Source: an uncultured delta proteobacterium (GTDB lineage: Bacteria > Desulfobacterota > BSN033 > UBA1163). Taken from it: DNA of 64,000 nt. Numbering within the stretch: position 1 is the stretch's first letter; each line of letters starts with the position of its first letter. The position numbers and the translations under genes were made by a program. The notes under the pieces are model-generated. The model was not told where the DNA came from. It did no database searches and saw only the letters and a program-made list of their open reading frames with translations. This document shows positions 1 to 8,972 of this stretch, piece by piece. The stretch lies in NCBI GenBank assembly GCA_963827685.1, contig CAWHBU010000003.1, forward strand, positions 640,001 through 704,000, read 5' to 3'.

Positions 1-1563
1 AGCGTTGTTGAGGAGATTATCTAAAACCCTTTCGATGTGCAGGGGGTAACATCGAATCCACAGGGGAGATTCTAAGTCCCCTTCGGTCAAGTGAACATTC
101 TCCCGCTTCAATTCCTTTATCGCCTCCTCGTTGATGAAGAAGCGTTTCTTCAGCTTCTCCGTCAAATCGACCATTTCTTCTCTTCCCTCCCCGTGGAGGG
201 TGAGGGCTAATTCCTGAATACGAGATGTCTCTTTTAGGATAACATCCAATGCCTGGACCACCTTTTCCTTCTTTGAAGGATACTCTCCCTCTTCCAAGAT
301 TTTTTGAATCCTTTTGGCAAATCCTGCTGCCGCGATGGCCGGATTCTTAAAATCGTGAAGGATATCGTCCATCTTTTCCAGCCTCAGTCCTTTCATCAAT
401 TCCTTGCCGAAGAAGATAAAAATCTCAATCTCCTCGTCTGTAAATCTCCGGTGGTGAGCCTGGGCATCGAAGACTAAGAAATAGTTGACGACATCGCTCA
501 CCTTGAGAGGGATATAGAGAACGGAATGGATTTGCTGGACCATCAGAAATCGTTTGAGGTCCGGAGGAAGGAGGCGGCTTGCCTGCGGGTTGTGGATGAG
601 AATATAGGAAGGGAAAACCTTCTCGTTTTCAAACTCGCCGAAAGGACCGGTCTGGTTCACCACGGCATCAATATAGGGTTCACTCTTCACTGGAAAGGTT
701 TTCCCGATCCCATGCTGAATCTCCGGATACCCCGCTTCCAAAACAACCTGATGCCGACCTTCGCTGACCGAGAAGAGTGAACACCTTTGGATCCGCATAA
801 TGTCTAACATCTCAGGAACGACCAGGTTGAAGACCTCCCTCATCTTAATCCCTTCCCGCTTTCCTAACTTCAGGAAGATCTGTTCTACGATCTTATCTTT
901 GGTCACATTCAATTTCTGGAGGCCCATGATCCGCTTTTGGGCAATAACATAACTCATTCTTCTGGAAAGCATCTCAGCGATCTTGGCCTCCATGGGAGTA
1001 AATGTCTTATCTCCCTCTTTATAGTAGATCTGGAAGGATCCTTCCGTATCGACATCTTTCAAAGAGAAACGGGGGATTGAAATGGGTACGGCCAACATTG
1101 AAAGGATCCCATATTTCTGAACCTTCTCCTTATTTTTGTACTTCTCCTCTTTTAAAATGTTGGGCACAAAGTAAGCTCGATGTGTTCTGACGACCTCCCC
1201 GGCGATAGTATCTTCAAAGGGGATCGCCTCCTCGCGATCCTCCATCTGAACACGGTAAGACCCAAAGGAGATCATTTCTTCTTTTCCAGGATCGTATATT
1301 CGAATGCTCGCTCCCTCTGCCCCAAGAAATTCGACCACGTTTTTGGCGACGGTCTCAAGGATTTCCTTCTCCGTTAGAGAAGGATTGATCTCGAGGATGC
1401 TCTCGGCCTGACTGATCAGCCGGTCCACATACCGGTAGATCACTTCTTCTGTAATCAAGTCCACTACTTTGGTCACCTCTTCGAGGGAAAAGGTGCAACC
1501 CTTTCCCTTCAGATCGGCCATGATGGACTCTAAAAGTTTTTGATCAATTTTAAAATGGTCCAT
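1..1563 (-). CDS. GAF-GAF sensor histidine kinase (3' end beyond window edge)
   Basis: Manual translation from ATG at 1563 (MDHFKIDQKLLESIM...) gives two GAF-like segments and an H-box (ILHDFKNPAIAAAGF). Absent from the ORF track, consistent with running off the edge. Confidence 0.85.
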   Translation of the reverse strand, partial: MDHFKIDQKLLESIMADLKGKGCTFSLEEVTKVVDLITEEVIYRYVDRLISQAESILEINPSLTEKEILETVAKNVVEFLGAEGASIRIYDPGKEEMISFGSYRVQMEDREEAIPFEDTIAGEVVRTHRAYFVPNILKEEKYKNKEKVQKYGILSMLAVPISIPRFSLKDVDTEGSFQIYYKEGDKTFTPMEAKIAEMLSRRMSYVIAQKRIMGLQKLNVTKDKIVEQIFLKLGKREGIKMREVFNLVVPEMLDIMRIQRCSLFSVSEGRHQVVLEAGYPEIQHGIGKTFPVKSEPYIDAVVNQTGPFGEFENEKVFPSYILIHNPQASRLLPPDLKRFLMVQQIHSVLYIPLKVSDVVNYFLVFDAQAHHRRFTDEEIEIFIFFGKELMKGLRLEKMDDILHDFKNPAIAAAGFAKRIQKILEEGEYPSKKEKVVQALDVILKETSRIQELALTLHGEGREEMVDLTEKLKKRFFINEEAIKELKRENVHLTEGDLESPLWIRCYPLHIERVLDNLLNNA

Positions 1564-1604
1564 AAATGCTTAGGATTTAAGAGACAATGCTGAAGGATAA
1601 AAAT

Positions 1605-1632
1605 ATTATAAACCTTTCCTCAAAGGTGTCAA
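1605..1632 (-). promoter_or_regulatory. sigma70-type promoter of the kinase gene
   Basis: TTGACA-N16-TATAAT on the minus strand, ~40 nt upstream of ATG 1563. Confidence 0.7.
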
Positions 1633-1752
1633 CCTATAATCCTCCTTTCTCAAAGCGACGTTTTGGGGATTTGTTAAGCTTGTGGGAGGAGCGGAAGATC
1701 AAATCCGAATTGCAGAGGTTGCCATCCGATATTCTTTCAAAAAAACGAAGGG

Positions 1753-3072
1753 TTATTCAAACTTCTTGATCAGGATGACGCTGTTGACTCCCCCGAAACC
1801 CGCTGAAATAGAAAGGCCAAGTCTGACCTCCTTCTTTCTCGCTTGGTTGGGGACATAGTCCAGGTCGCATTCTGGGTCTGGAAATTCATAGTTGAGGGTG
1901 GGATGGATAATCCCTTTCTCGATGGCGAGGAGAACAGAGATGGCCTCTACCCCTCCTGCCGCTCCCATCAGATGGCCGGTGATTGATTTGGTTGAGCTGA
2001 TGGGAATGCGGTAAGCGTGTTTTCCAAAGACGCCTTTGATCATTTTCGTCTCCACTCTATCATTTAATAGAGTGGAGGTGCCATGAGGATTGATGTAATC
2101 AATCTCTTCCGGATGGATGCCTGCCATTTCAAGAGCATCCTTGACGGCCTTACCCAATGCTTTTCCATCGGGATCGGGGTCGGTGAGATGATAGGCATCG
2201 GCTGTCATCCCCCATCCGATCACCTCCCCGTAGATGTGAGCCCCTCTTTCTTCTGCGTGATCTAATTCCTCAAACACCAACACGCCACACCCCTCGCCCA
2301 TCACAAATCCATCTCTCTCACGGTCGAAAGGCCGGGAGGCTTTATTTGGGTCATCATTTCGTGTTGACATCGCCCTTAACACATCAAACCCTCCAAACAC
2401 ATAGGGTGTGATACAGGCATCTGCTCCTCCCGTGACCATGAGATCTTCGTCTCCACCCTGAATCTGAAGGAAGCTATTGATCATGGCATGGGTACCAGAG
2501 GCACAAGCCGTCGAAACGGCATAAGAAGTCCCACGGATCGAATAATATTGGGCCACGTGAGAGGTGATAGCACTCAGGTAGATATTCGGAAGAGCAAAAG
2601 GGGAGATGCCCCTCAGCCCCCTGGATAGAAAACGCTCATGGAAGTGCTCCATCAAATCCATCGCTTCCACACCTACTCCCAAGACCACGCCTATCTGGAA
2701 GGGATCCAATTCCTTCAGGTGATACACTCCCGTATGTTTGTGCAGCCCTTCTTTTTCCAAATCGTTCTTATCGAGCTCAATTCCAGCATCCTTCAGCGCA
2801 AGCCATGCGGCAGCAATGGCAAATTGGGATGATCTTCCGAGGTGTTTGGAAAGTTTTGACCTTTCCACAAAATCAGAGAGCTCAAACCCTTCGATGGGAG
2901 CGCTAATCTGACATCGATATTGACTCATGTCTCTATTGGGAAATGAAAACCGTTGGAAGGAAGACTTCCCCTTGATCAAACTCTCCCAGTAAGCCTCTTT
3001 CCCGATCCCCACAGGAGTGACTGGACCTACTCCGGTGATCACCACGCGTTTCTTATAATTCCTCACGCTCAT
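1753..3072 (-). CDS. fabF: beta-ketoacyl-ACP synthase II
   Basis: RVVITG start; STACASG (Cys), HGTST and GHLMGAAGG (His) motifs; ASRPFD..RDGFVMGEG. Confidence 0.93.
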   Translation of the reverse strand: MSVRNYKKRVVITGVGPVTPVGIGKEAYWESLIKGKSSFQRFSFPNRDMSQYRCQISAPIEGFELSDFVERSKLSKHLGRSSQFAIAAAWLALKDAGIELDKNDLEKEGLHKHTGVYHLKELDPFQIGVVLGVGVEAMDLMEHFHERFLSRGLRGISPFALPNIYLSAITSHVAQYYSIRGTSYAVSTACASGTHAMINSFLQIQGGDEDLMVTGGADACITPYVFGGFDVLRAMSTRNDDPNKASRPFDRERDGFVMGEGCGVLVFEELDHAEERGAHIYGEVIGWGMTADAYHLTDPDPDGKALGKAVKDALEMAGIHPEEIDYINPHGTSTLLNDRVETKMIKGVFGKHAYRIPISSTKSITGHLMGAAGGVEAISVLLAIEKGIIHPTLNYEFPDPECDLDYVPNQARKKEVRLGLSISAGFGGVNSVILIKKFE

Positions 3073-3246
3073 CCCCCTTCCAGGTTATTTTGTTATTCTC
3101 ATCGATTGCCCTCCCATTTGTCAAGGTGAAAACAATTTTGATGAATAAGGTTGACCCCGCTGTTGTACCAGAAAACTTCTTGAACGAAATGAAGCCCCTG
3201 AAAAATAGGCCTTGAACCTGTGTCTCCATTTTTTTCAACAACAGGG

Positions 3247-3275
3247 TTGACATGTTTCCAATTTAGAAATATAAA
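3247..3275 (+). promoter_or_regulatory. sigma70-type promoter of the TRAP operon
   Basis: TTGACA-N17-TATAAA, ~45 nt upstream of ATG 3321. Confidence 0.6.
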
Positions 3276-3320
3276 TTCTCTTAAGATTAATCAGTCTTTC
3301 CAAGGTGTCGAGGAACAAAA

Positions 3321-4202
3321 ATGAAAGCCTTTCAGAATCGAACCCGGATTTTCTTCTTTTTGTGGCTTCTCCTTCTTCTCTCTGCTTGTCTTCCAAACAA
3401 AAAGTTGACCGTCGGCACTACCGCGACATTATTGGAAGAGGTCACGAGGGCTTCCTCTAAACAATCAGACCTGAGAGTCCTTCGGGAAGGGACGCCTGCT
3501 TATTTAATGTTGATTGACGGAATGATCCAAGCGTGGCCGGACAATGACCAGTTACTGATGGCGGGTGCCCAGAGCTATTCTTCCTTTGCTTCGCTCTTTG
3601 TGGAGGACCAAGATAAGGAATATGCCAATTTGCTCTACGCGAGAGGAAAACGATATGCGCTGAGATCTCTCGAAACGAGAGGGTTCAAGGAACCTCTGCA
3701 GAGACCTTTCGATGAGTTTAGGGAGGGGCTGAAGCGTCTTGGGAAAAAAGACGTTCCCTATCTCTTCTGGGCTGGAACCTGCTGGGTGAACTGGATTAGA
3801 TTGAATTTGGATTCGATGGAAGCCATGTCTGAGCTTCCAAGGGTAGAATGGATGATGAAGAGAGTTTTGGAGCTCGATGAAGGATTCTACTACGGCGGCC
3901 CCCATCTCTTCATGGGGATATGGTTCGCCTCCAGGCCGAAAATAGCCGGCGGAGATCTTAAAAAAGCTCAAGAACATTTTCTGAAGGCGCTGGATCTCGG
4001 GCAAGGAAAATTTTTGATGGCTTATGTGTACTATGCAAAGCACTACGCTCGAAAGATGATGGACAAAGAACTCTTCATCTCCACCCTTCAAAAGGTTATG
4101 GAGACTCCTGCTGACACTTCTCCAGACTTAACCCTTGCCAATACCGTCGCCAAAAGAGAGGCAAAGGAATTACTCAGCCATGTGGAAGAATATTTTGAAT
4201 AG
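3321..4202 (+). CDS. TRAP transporter TatT (T) component, TPR-like lipoprotein
   Basis: Lipobox LSAC; LDE.FYYGGPH..MG....RP..AGGD..KA..HF motif; directly upstream of dctPQM. Confidence 0.85.
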   Translation: MKAFQNRTRIFFFLWLLLLLSACLPNKKLTVGTTATLLEEVTRASSKQSDLRVLREGTPAYLMLIDGMIQAWPDNDQLLMAGAQSYSSFASLFVEDQDKEYANLLYARGKRYALRSLETRGFKEPLQRPFDEFREGLKRLGKKDVPYLFWAGTCWVNWIRLNLDSMEAMSELPRVEWMMKRVLELDEGFYYGGPHLFMGIWFASRPKIAGGDLKKAQEHFLKALDLGQGKFLMAYVYYAKHYARKMMDKELFISTLQKVMETPADTSPDLTLANTVAKREAKELLSHVEEYFE

Positions 4203-4211
4203 GAGAAAAAT

Positions 4212-5234
4212 ATGGGCAAAGCATATGTCATCAAAATTTTAGGACTCAGTTTATTGGTTTCGCTCATTCTCGTCTCATCCGTCCGTGGCGCGGAAAAGGG
4301 TTTGGTAATTAAATTGGCTACCCTTGCTCCAGAGGGAAGCTCTTGGATGAAGACGTTCAATGTCCTGAACACAGAAGTGATGAATAGGACAGAAAATAAG
4401 GTTCAGTTTAAGATCTATCCCGGCGGGGTATTGGGCGATGAGATGGACATGCTCCGAAAGCTTAAGATCGGTCAAATTCAAGGCGTCGCTCTCACTTCCG
4501 CTGGACTCTCTACACTCTATAAAGAGATGGACGTTCTCCAGATCCCTTTCCTTTTCCAAACCTATGAAGAGGTCGACACCGTTTTGAAAAAAATGGATTC
4601 TTTTTTCCGAAAGGGTTTCGAGGACAATGGATATGTGCTCTTGGGTTGGTCAGAGGCAGGATTTGTCTACCTGATGTCTACCCTTCCCATCTCCAGTGTG
4701 GCCGACCTTAAAAAGGCAAAGGTATGGATCTGGGAGGAATCGCCGATGTCCAAAGCCATTTTCGATGAGGCTGGGGTGAAGGCCATCCCACTCACTGTCC
4801 CCGATGTTCTGGTAGGGCTCCAAACCGGACTGGTGGACGTGGTCTATGCCCCTCCGACAGGAGCCATCTCTTTCCAGTGGTTCACGAAGGTCAAATATCT
4901 CACCGATGTCCCTTTGGTTTATTTGGCAGGTGGGGTAGTAGTAAAAAAAGATATTTTTAAACAAATCCCTCAAAACTACCAGAATTTCTTTTTGGAAAGT
5001 TTTCAACAACATCTGGATCGATTGAAGATCATCACTCGAAACGAAAACCGAGATGCCGTTAAGGTGATGGTCAAAAACGGGGTCAAGATCATCACCCCAT
5101 CAAAGGACCAAATCGATGAATACAAGAAGCTATCGAATAAAGCAATGGGCCATATCAGTGGACAAACCTTCTCTAAGAAAGTCTTAGATGATGTCGCTTC
5201 TCTTCTGGAAAGTGATCGAAGGGGAGGAAGATAA
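4212..5234 (+). CDS. dctP: TRAP substrate-binding protein (TPAT P component)
   Basis: Signal peptide; IKLATLAPEGSSW; YPGGVLGDE; LQTGLVD. Confidence 0.9.
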   Translation: MGKAYVIKILGLSLLVSLILVSSVRGAEKGLVIKLATLAPEGSSWMKTFNVLNTEVMNRTENKVQFKIYPGGVLGDEMDMLRKLKIGQIQGVALTSAGLSTLYKEMDVLQIPFLFQTYEEVDTVLKKMDSFFRKGFEDNGYVLLGWSEAGFVYLMSTLPISSVADLKKAKVWIWEESPMSKAIFDEAGVKAIPLTVPDVLVGLQTGLVDVVYAPPTGAISFQWFTKVKYLTDVPLVYLAGGVVVKKDIFKQIPQNYQNFFLESFQQHLDRLKIITRNENRDAVKVMVKNGVKIITPSKDQIDEYKKLSNKAMGHISGQTFSKKVLDDVASLLESDRRGGR

Positions 5235-5848
5235 TGAACCCCGTTAGAAATTCCAGTGGGGCATCAAACCCCGACAGAATTATTCTGGGACCCGACCCCG
5301 CCCCAGAGCAGCGGGCCATTATTTCTAACGGGGTGAATCGATGGGAGCGGGTCGATGAAGCCATTGAACGAGTGGAACAAACCCTCCTCGTCACTTTCTT
5401 AGGCTTCTTGATCGGCATCGCCTTCTTACAGATCGTCCTTCGAAATTTTTTTTCCACGGGTCTAAGTTGGGGAGATTCACTGGTAAGAAATCTGGTCCTC
5501 TGGATCGGTTTCATCGGGGCTACCCTTGCTACGAAGGAGGGAAAACATATCAACATCGATGTGGTCTCGAGATGGTTGCCCTCTTTAGGAAAGAATGTGG
5601 TCACCCTCATCACCCACTTATTTTCATTTTTTGTCTGTTGCGGTTTGACCTATGCCGCACTGAAATTTATTAAAAACGAAGTCCAGATGGAGAATATAAC
5701 CTTCTTAGATATTCCTGCCTGGATCCCGGAGATGATTCTTCCTATTACTTTCGGCCTGATGACCATTCGATTTGGGCTTCGTTCTATTAAGACTCTTTCC
5801 GAGATAGGAAAGATTGAACCCCACCATGATCGAGAGAAAGAGACATGA
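5234..5848 (+). CDS. dctQ: TRAP small permease with a 33-aa MITE-derived N-terminal insert
   Basis: Four TM segments; LWIGFIGA.LA..EGKHINID; insert NPVRNSS...ISNGV follows Met1. Confidence 0.88.
   Translation: MNPVRNSSGASNPDRIILGPDPAPEQRAIISNGVNRWERVDEAIERVEQTLLVTFLGFLIGIAFLQIVLRNFFSTGLSWGDSLVRNLVLWIGFIGATLATKEGKHINIDVVSRWLPSLGKNVVTLITHLFSFFVCCGLTYAALKFIKNEVQMENITFLDIPAWIPEMILPITFGLMTIRFGLRSIKTLSEIGKIEPHHDREKET
5239..5333 (+). mobile_element. MITE copy 1 (CCCCGTTAGAAA...TTTCTAACGGGG), in frame within dctQ
   Basis: Perfect terminal inverted repeats; TGAA duplicated at 5235-5238 and 5334-5337; 95+4 = 99 bp. Confidence 0.88.
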
Positions 5849-7104
5849 CCCTGCTCTTAATCCTTATCGCTTTTCTTATCATGTTTCTCGGAGCACCTCT
5901 GTTCACCGTTTTCTCCGGTCTGACCCTGCTTCTATTATTCTTTGCCCACATCGATTCCTCAGCCATGATCATAGAGATGCATCGAATTGCCACCACTCCC
6001 ATCCTGGTCGCCATCCCCCTCTTCACCTTTGCCGGATATCTCCTTTCAGAAAGCAAGGCACCCAGAAGGTTAATCGGGCTGACGGATGCCTTCCTGGGTT
6101 GGTTGCCTGGTGGGTTAGCCATCATCGCCCTGATCACCTGCTCCGCCTTTACTGCCCTGACAGGGGCTACCGGTCTCACCATCATTGCCTTGGGAGGCAT
6201 CCTTCTCCCTGCACTGTTGCATGGGAAATATCCCGAAAAGTTCTCGCTCGGGTTGGTGACCAATTCAGGGACATTAGGCCTCCTCTTTCCACCGAGCCTG
6301 CCCATTATCATCTATGCGATTGTGTCCAAGGTGCAGATTAATCAACTTTTCCTTGCTGGTCTCTTGCCCGGCCTCCTGATGGTCGTCCTGCTCTCCGCGT
6401 TCAGTGTACAGAAGGCAATCGCTGCCGAAATCCCGAGAACCAAGTTTAATGCATCGCGGATGTTTAAGGCATTGAGAGAAGCCATCTGGGAGCTTCCTCT
6501 CCCCCTTGTCGTACTGGGCGGCATTTACAGCGGATACTTTGCCGTGAGTGAGGCGGCAGCCATTACGGCGGTTTATGTTTTTCTGGTCGAGGTGGTCATC
6601 TACCGGGATATCAAATGGCGGGAACTGCCCCAAGTCATGCGAAAAAGTATGGTGCTGGTAGGAGGGATCTTGATCATTCTGGGAGCCGCCCTTGGTTTCA
6701 CGAATTATCTGATTGATGCGGAAGTCCCGATGAAGCTGTTTAATCTATTCAAGGCTTATACCGACAGCCCTTTCGTCTTTCTGATCCTACTGAACCTCTT
6801 TCTCTTGGTGGTGGGCTGTCTGCTGGACATCTTCTCTGCCCTGATCGTTGTCGTACCTCTCATCACTCCAGTCGCCAATGCTTATGGGATCAACTCGGTT
6901 CACCTCGGCATTATCTTCCTTGCCAATCTCCAGATCGGGGCCTTGACCCCTCCTATTGGAATGAGCCTTTTTATCTCAAGCCTTCGTTTTGAGAAACCCA
7001 TATCGAAGATTATACTGGCTTCTCTCCCATTTATTGTCGTCCTCCTATTTGTATTGGCCATCATCACCTATGTTCCATGGTTCAGCCTGGCACTTATAAG
7101 ATAA
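5845..7104 (+). CDS. dctM: TRAP large permease
   Basis: Multi-TM; AIPLFTFAG, GTLGLLFPPS, TPPIG motifs. Confidence 0.92.
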   Translation: MTLLLILIAFLIMFLGAPLFTVFSGLTLLLLFFAHIDSSAMIIEMHRIATTPILVAIPLFTFAGYLLSESKAPRRLIGLTDAFLGWLPGGLAIIALITCSAFTALTGATGLTIIALGGILLPALLHGKYPEKFSLGLVTNSGTLGLLFPPSLPIIIYAIVSKVQINQLFLAGLLPGLLMVVLLSAFSVQKAIAAEIPRTKFNASRMFKALREAIWELPLPLVVLGGIYSGYFAVSEAAAITAVYVFLVEVVIYRDIKWRELPQVMRKSMVLVGGILIILGAALGFTNYLIDAEVPMKLFNLFKAYTDSPFVFLILLNLFLLVVGCLLDIFSALIVVVPLITPVANAYGINSVHLGIIFLANLQIGALTPPIGMSLFISSLRFEKPISKIILASLPFIVVLLFVLAIITYVPWFSLALIR

Positions 7105-7110
7105 TTCAAA

Positions 7111-7204
7111 GTTCGGAGTTCAGAGTTGGGAGTTCGGAGTTTTAAGAATTTGACACCAAAATATTAATCAAACTCTCCGAACTCCGAGCTCATTACTCCG
7201 AACT
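7111..7204. repeat. Inverted heptamer arrays (GTTCGGA)n ... (CTCCGAA)n, no gene between
   Basis: GTTCGGA GTTCAGA GTTGGGA GTTCGGA at 7111-7138; complementary arm 7175-7204 overlaps the hydrolase stop. Confidence 0.75.
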
Positions 7205-8131
7205 ATTTTCCAGAAAGGAAAGGATCGCTTGATTGACTTCATCTGGAGTTTCCCACATGGGAATGTGGCCGCTTTTTTCAATCCTTAGAAACTTCGAACT
7301 TGCGATGGCCTGATGGAGCGTCTCCCCCACTTGAGGAGGGAAGATGAGATCCCTCTCCCCCCAGACGAATAAGGTAGGTTGGTGAATAAGAGGGAGCTGA
7401 TCCTTTAGCTTCAAGGCTTCCTCAGCATGTTTGAAGGTGGAGTAAAGGACCCAGGTCGTCCCTTTGATTTTAGAAAGTTGATATTGCCGATTCACCACCT
7501 CCGGCGCGATCAGTTTGATATTCGAAACGCACTCCAGAAGGATCCACCTGACCGAATTTTTGCTTCGAGCTGCAATGACCAGATGAGGGAGGATTGGAAT
7601 ATCTTTGATGGCTACTAGGCTTCGAAAGGATTCATTTTTGACTTGGTGGAGAACATCCGGAGGGACACAATTGATCAATATGAGTCGATCCACTCGTTCA
7701 GGGTAGAGGATCGCCATAGCCCAAGCGATCCCACCTCCCATCGAATTTCCGATCAGGGTGGCCTTCTCAATCCCCACCCCATCCATGAAGTCTCTCAAAA
7801 AATGAATGTAGGTCTCCGGGGTGTACGAAATCTTCGGCCTGTCTGAGAAGCCATGGCCAATGAGATCTAAAGCATAAACCCGGTAGGATTGGGAGAGAGC
7901 TTCGATCTGTTTCTCCCATACCCAGATCCCAGCGCCATAGCCATGGATCAGCAGGAGAGGTTTGCCTTCTCCTTTCACAGTATAAAAAATCGTATGGCCA
8001 TCAATCTGAATCGTCTGCGGAGAAAGAGAAGGGTTCCAGTCAATCCGAGTTGGCCGAACCAACGGAGTGCTACATCCCCACAAAAACGGCATCAACAAAA
8101 TGGAAACGATCCAACGGAATTGAACCATCAA
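7193..8131 (-). CDS. alpha/beta hydrolase, probable lipoprotein
   Basis: LWGC lipobox; LLLIHG; GNSMGG nucleophile elbow; WGERD acid; GHIP His. Confidence 0.88.
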   Translation of the reverse strand: MMVQFRWIVSILLMPFLWGCSTPLVRPTRIDWNPSLSPQTIQIDGHTIFYTVKGEGKPLLLIHGYGAGIWVWEKQIEALSQSYRVYALDLIGHGFSDRPKISYTPETYIHFLRDFMDGVGIEKATLIGNSMGGGIAWAMAILYPERVDRLILINCVPPDVLHQVKNESFRSLVAIKDIPILPHLVIAARSKNSVRWILLECVSNIKLIAPEVVNRQYQLSKIKGTTWVLYSTFKHAEEALKLKDQLPLIHQPTLFVWGERDLIFPPQVGETLHQAIASSKFLRIEKSGHIPMWETPDEVNQAILSFLENSSE

Positions 8132-8170
8132 TTTGTGCTCACTCTATCAATCATTCGGTGTGAAATCAAA

Positions 8171-8370
8171 TTCCAATGACCAAGTTCCAAGCTCCAAATA
8201 AATTCCAATTACCCAATATCCATGTTACCCCCTCACCCCACCCTCTCCCCTGTAGGGAGAGGGTGGGGTGAGGGGAACCGTTGAGATTTTTGGTTCTTAT
8301 TCGGTTATTGGTCGCTGGAACTTGGTTATCAACTTATTACCCGCCATTCCATCATTCCACCATTCCAGAC
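8171..8370. repeat. Inverted short-repeat arms enclosing a CCCCTCACCC..GGGTGAGGGG palindrome, followed by CATTCCA-type tandem repeats
   Basis: ACCAAGTTCCA arm pairs with TGGAACTTGGT; GC-rich palindrome at ~8228-8275. Confidence 0.7.
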
Positions 8371-8381
8371 TTCCTATTCTT

Positions 8382-8972
8382 TCAAAACTCCGTGACTTCT
8401 CCTCCTTGGATGGGTCGTCGGGTTTTGGTATTGATGTCAAGGGTAAAACCGGTCTCGATGACGCCGGAACGCGTATATCCTCTATCCTCCCAATACCCTC
8501 CTTCTTCTTGATTGATGAATTCAATCCTGCCTAACCATTTGCAACTCTTATATCCCCATAAGTTCGGGATGACCATTCTCGAAGGCCCTCCATACTCAGC
8601 TTCAATTGGATTCCCATTCACTCCATAAGCCAAAAGAACTCTGGGATTCTCTAAATCTTTTAATGAGACGGTTGTGCAGTACCCTCCTCCCACAGAGGTG
8701 AATCGGACATGATTGGTTTCAGATTCAATCGGAACCCGTTTCAGGAAGTCATTCCATTGAACGTCTTCCCAATCCGCTCGAACCGACCAGCCCGACACCG
8801 AAGTCAGACGGTAGTTTATCCGGCTCTTCGGCATCGCCAAGATCTCCTGCCATGAAAAATGTTTTTCTTCTTTGACCAGACCTCCTACGAAAAGAGAATA
8901 ATTTTGAAGATCAATGACAGGCATCCCACCGGCTTTAAAAGCGGGAACGCGGAGGTCTTTGAGAATACTCAC
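8382..8972 (-). CDS. Sulfite-oxidase-family (MsrP/YuiH-like) molybdopterin-binding protein, Cys ligand replaced by Ser
   Basis: LLAYGVNG.PI..EYGGP.R.VIP..WGYKS.KW..RIE...GYWE.RGY; LTSVSGWS at the usual HCVxGWS position. Confidence 0.82.
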   Translation of the reverse strand: MSILKDLRVPAFKAGGMPVIDLQNYSLFVGGLVKEEKHFSWQEILAMPKSRINYRLTSVSGWSVRADWEDVQWNDFLKRVPIESETNHVRFTSVGGGYCTTVSLKDLENPRVLLAYGVNGNPIEAEYGGPSRMVIPNLWGYKSCKWLGRIEFINQEEGGYWEDRGYTRSGVIETGFTLDINTKTRRPIQGGEVTEF

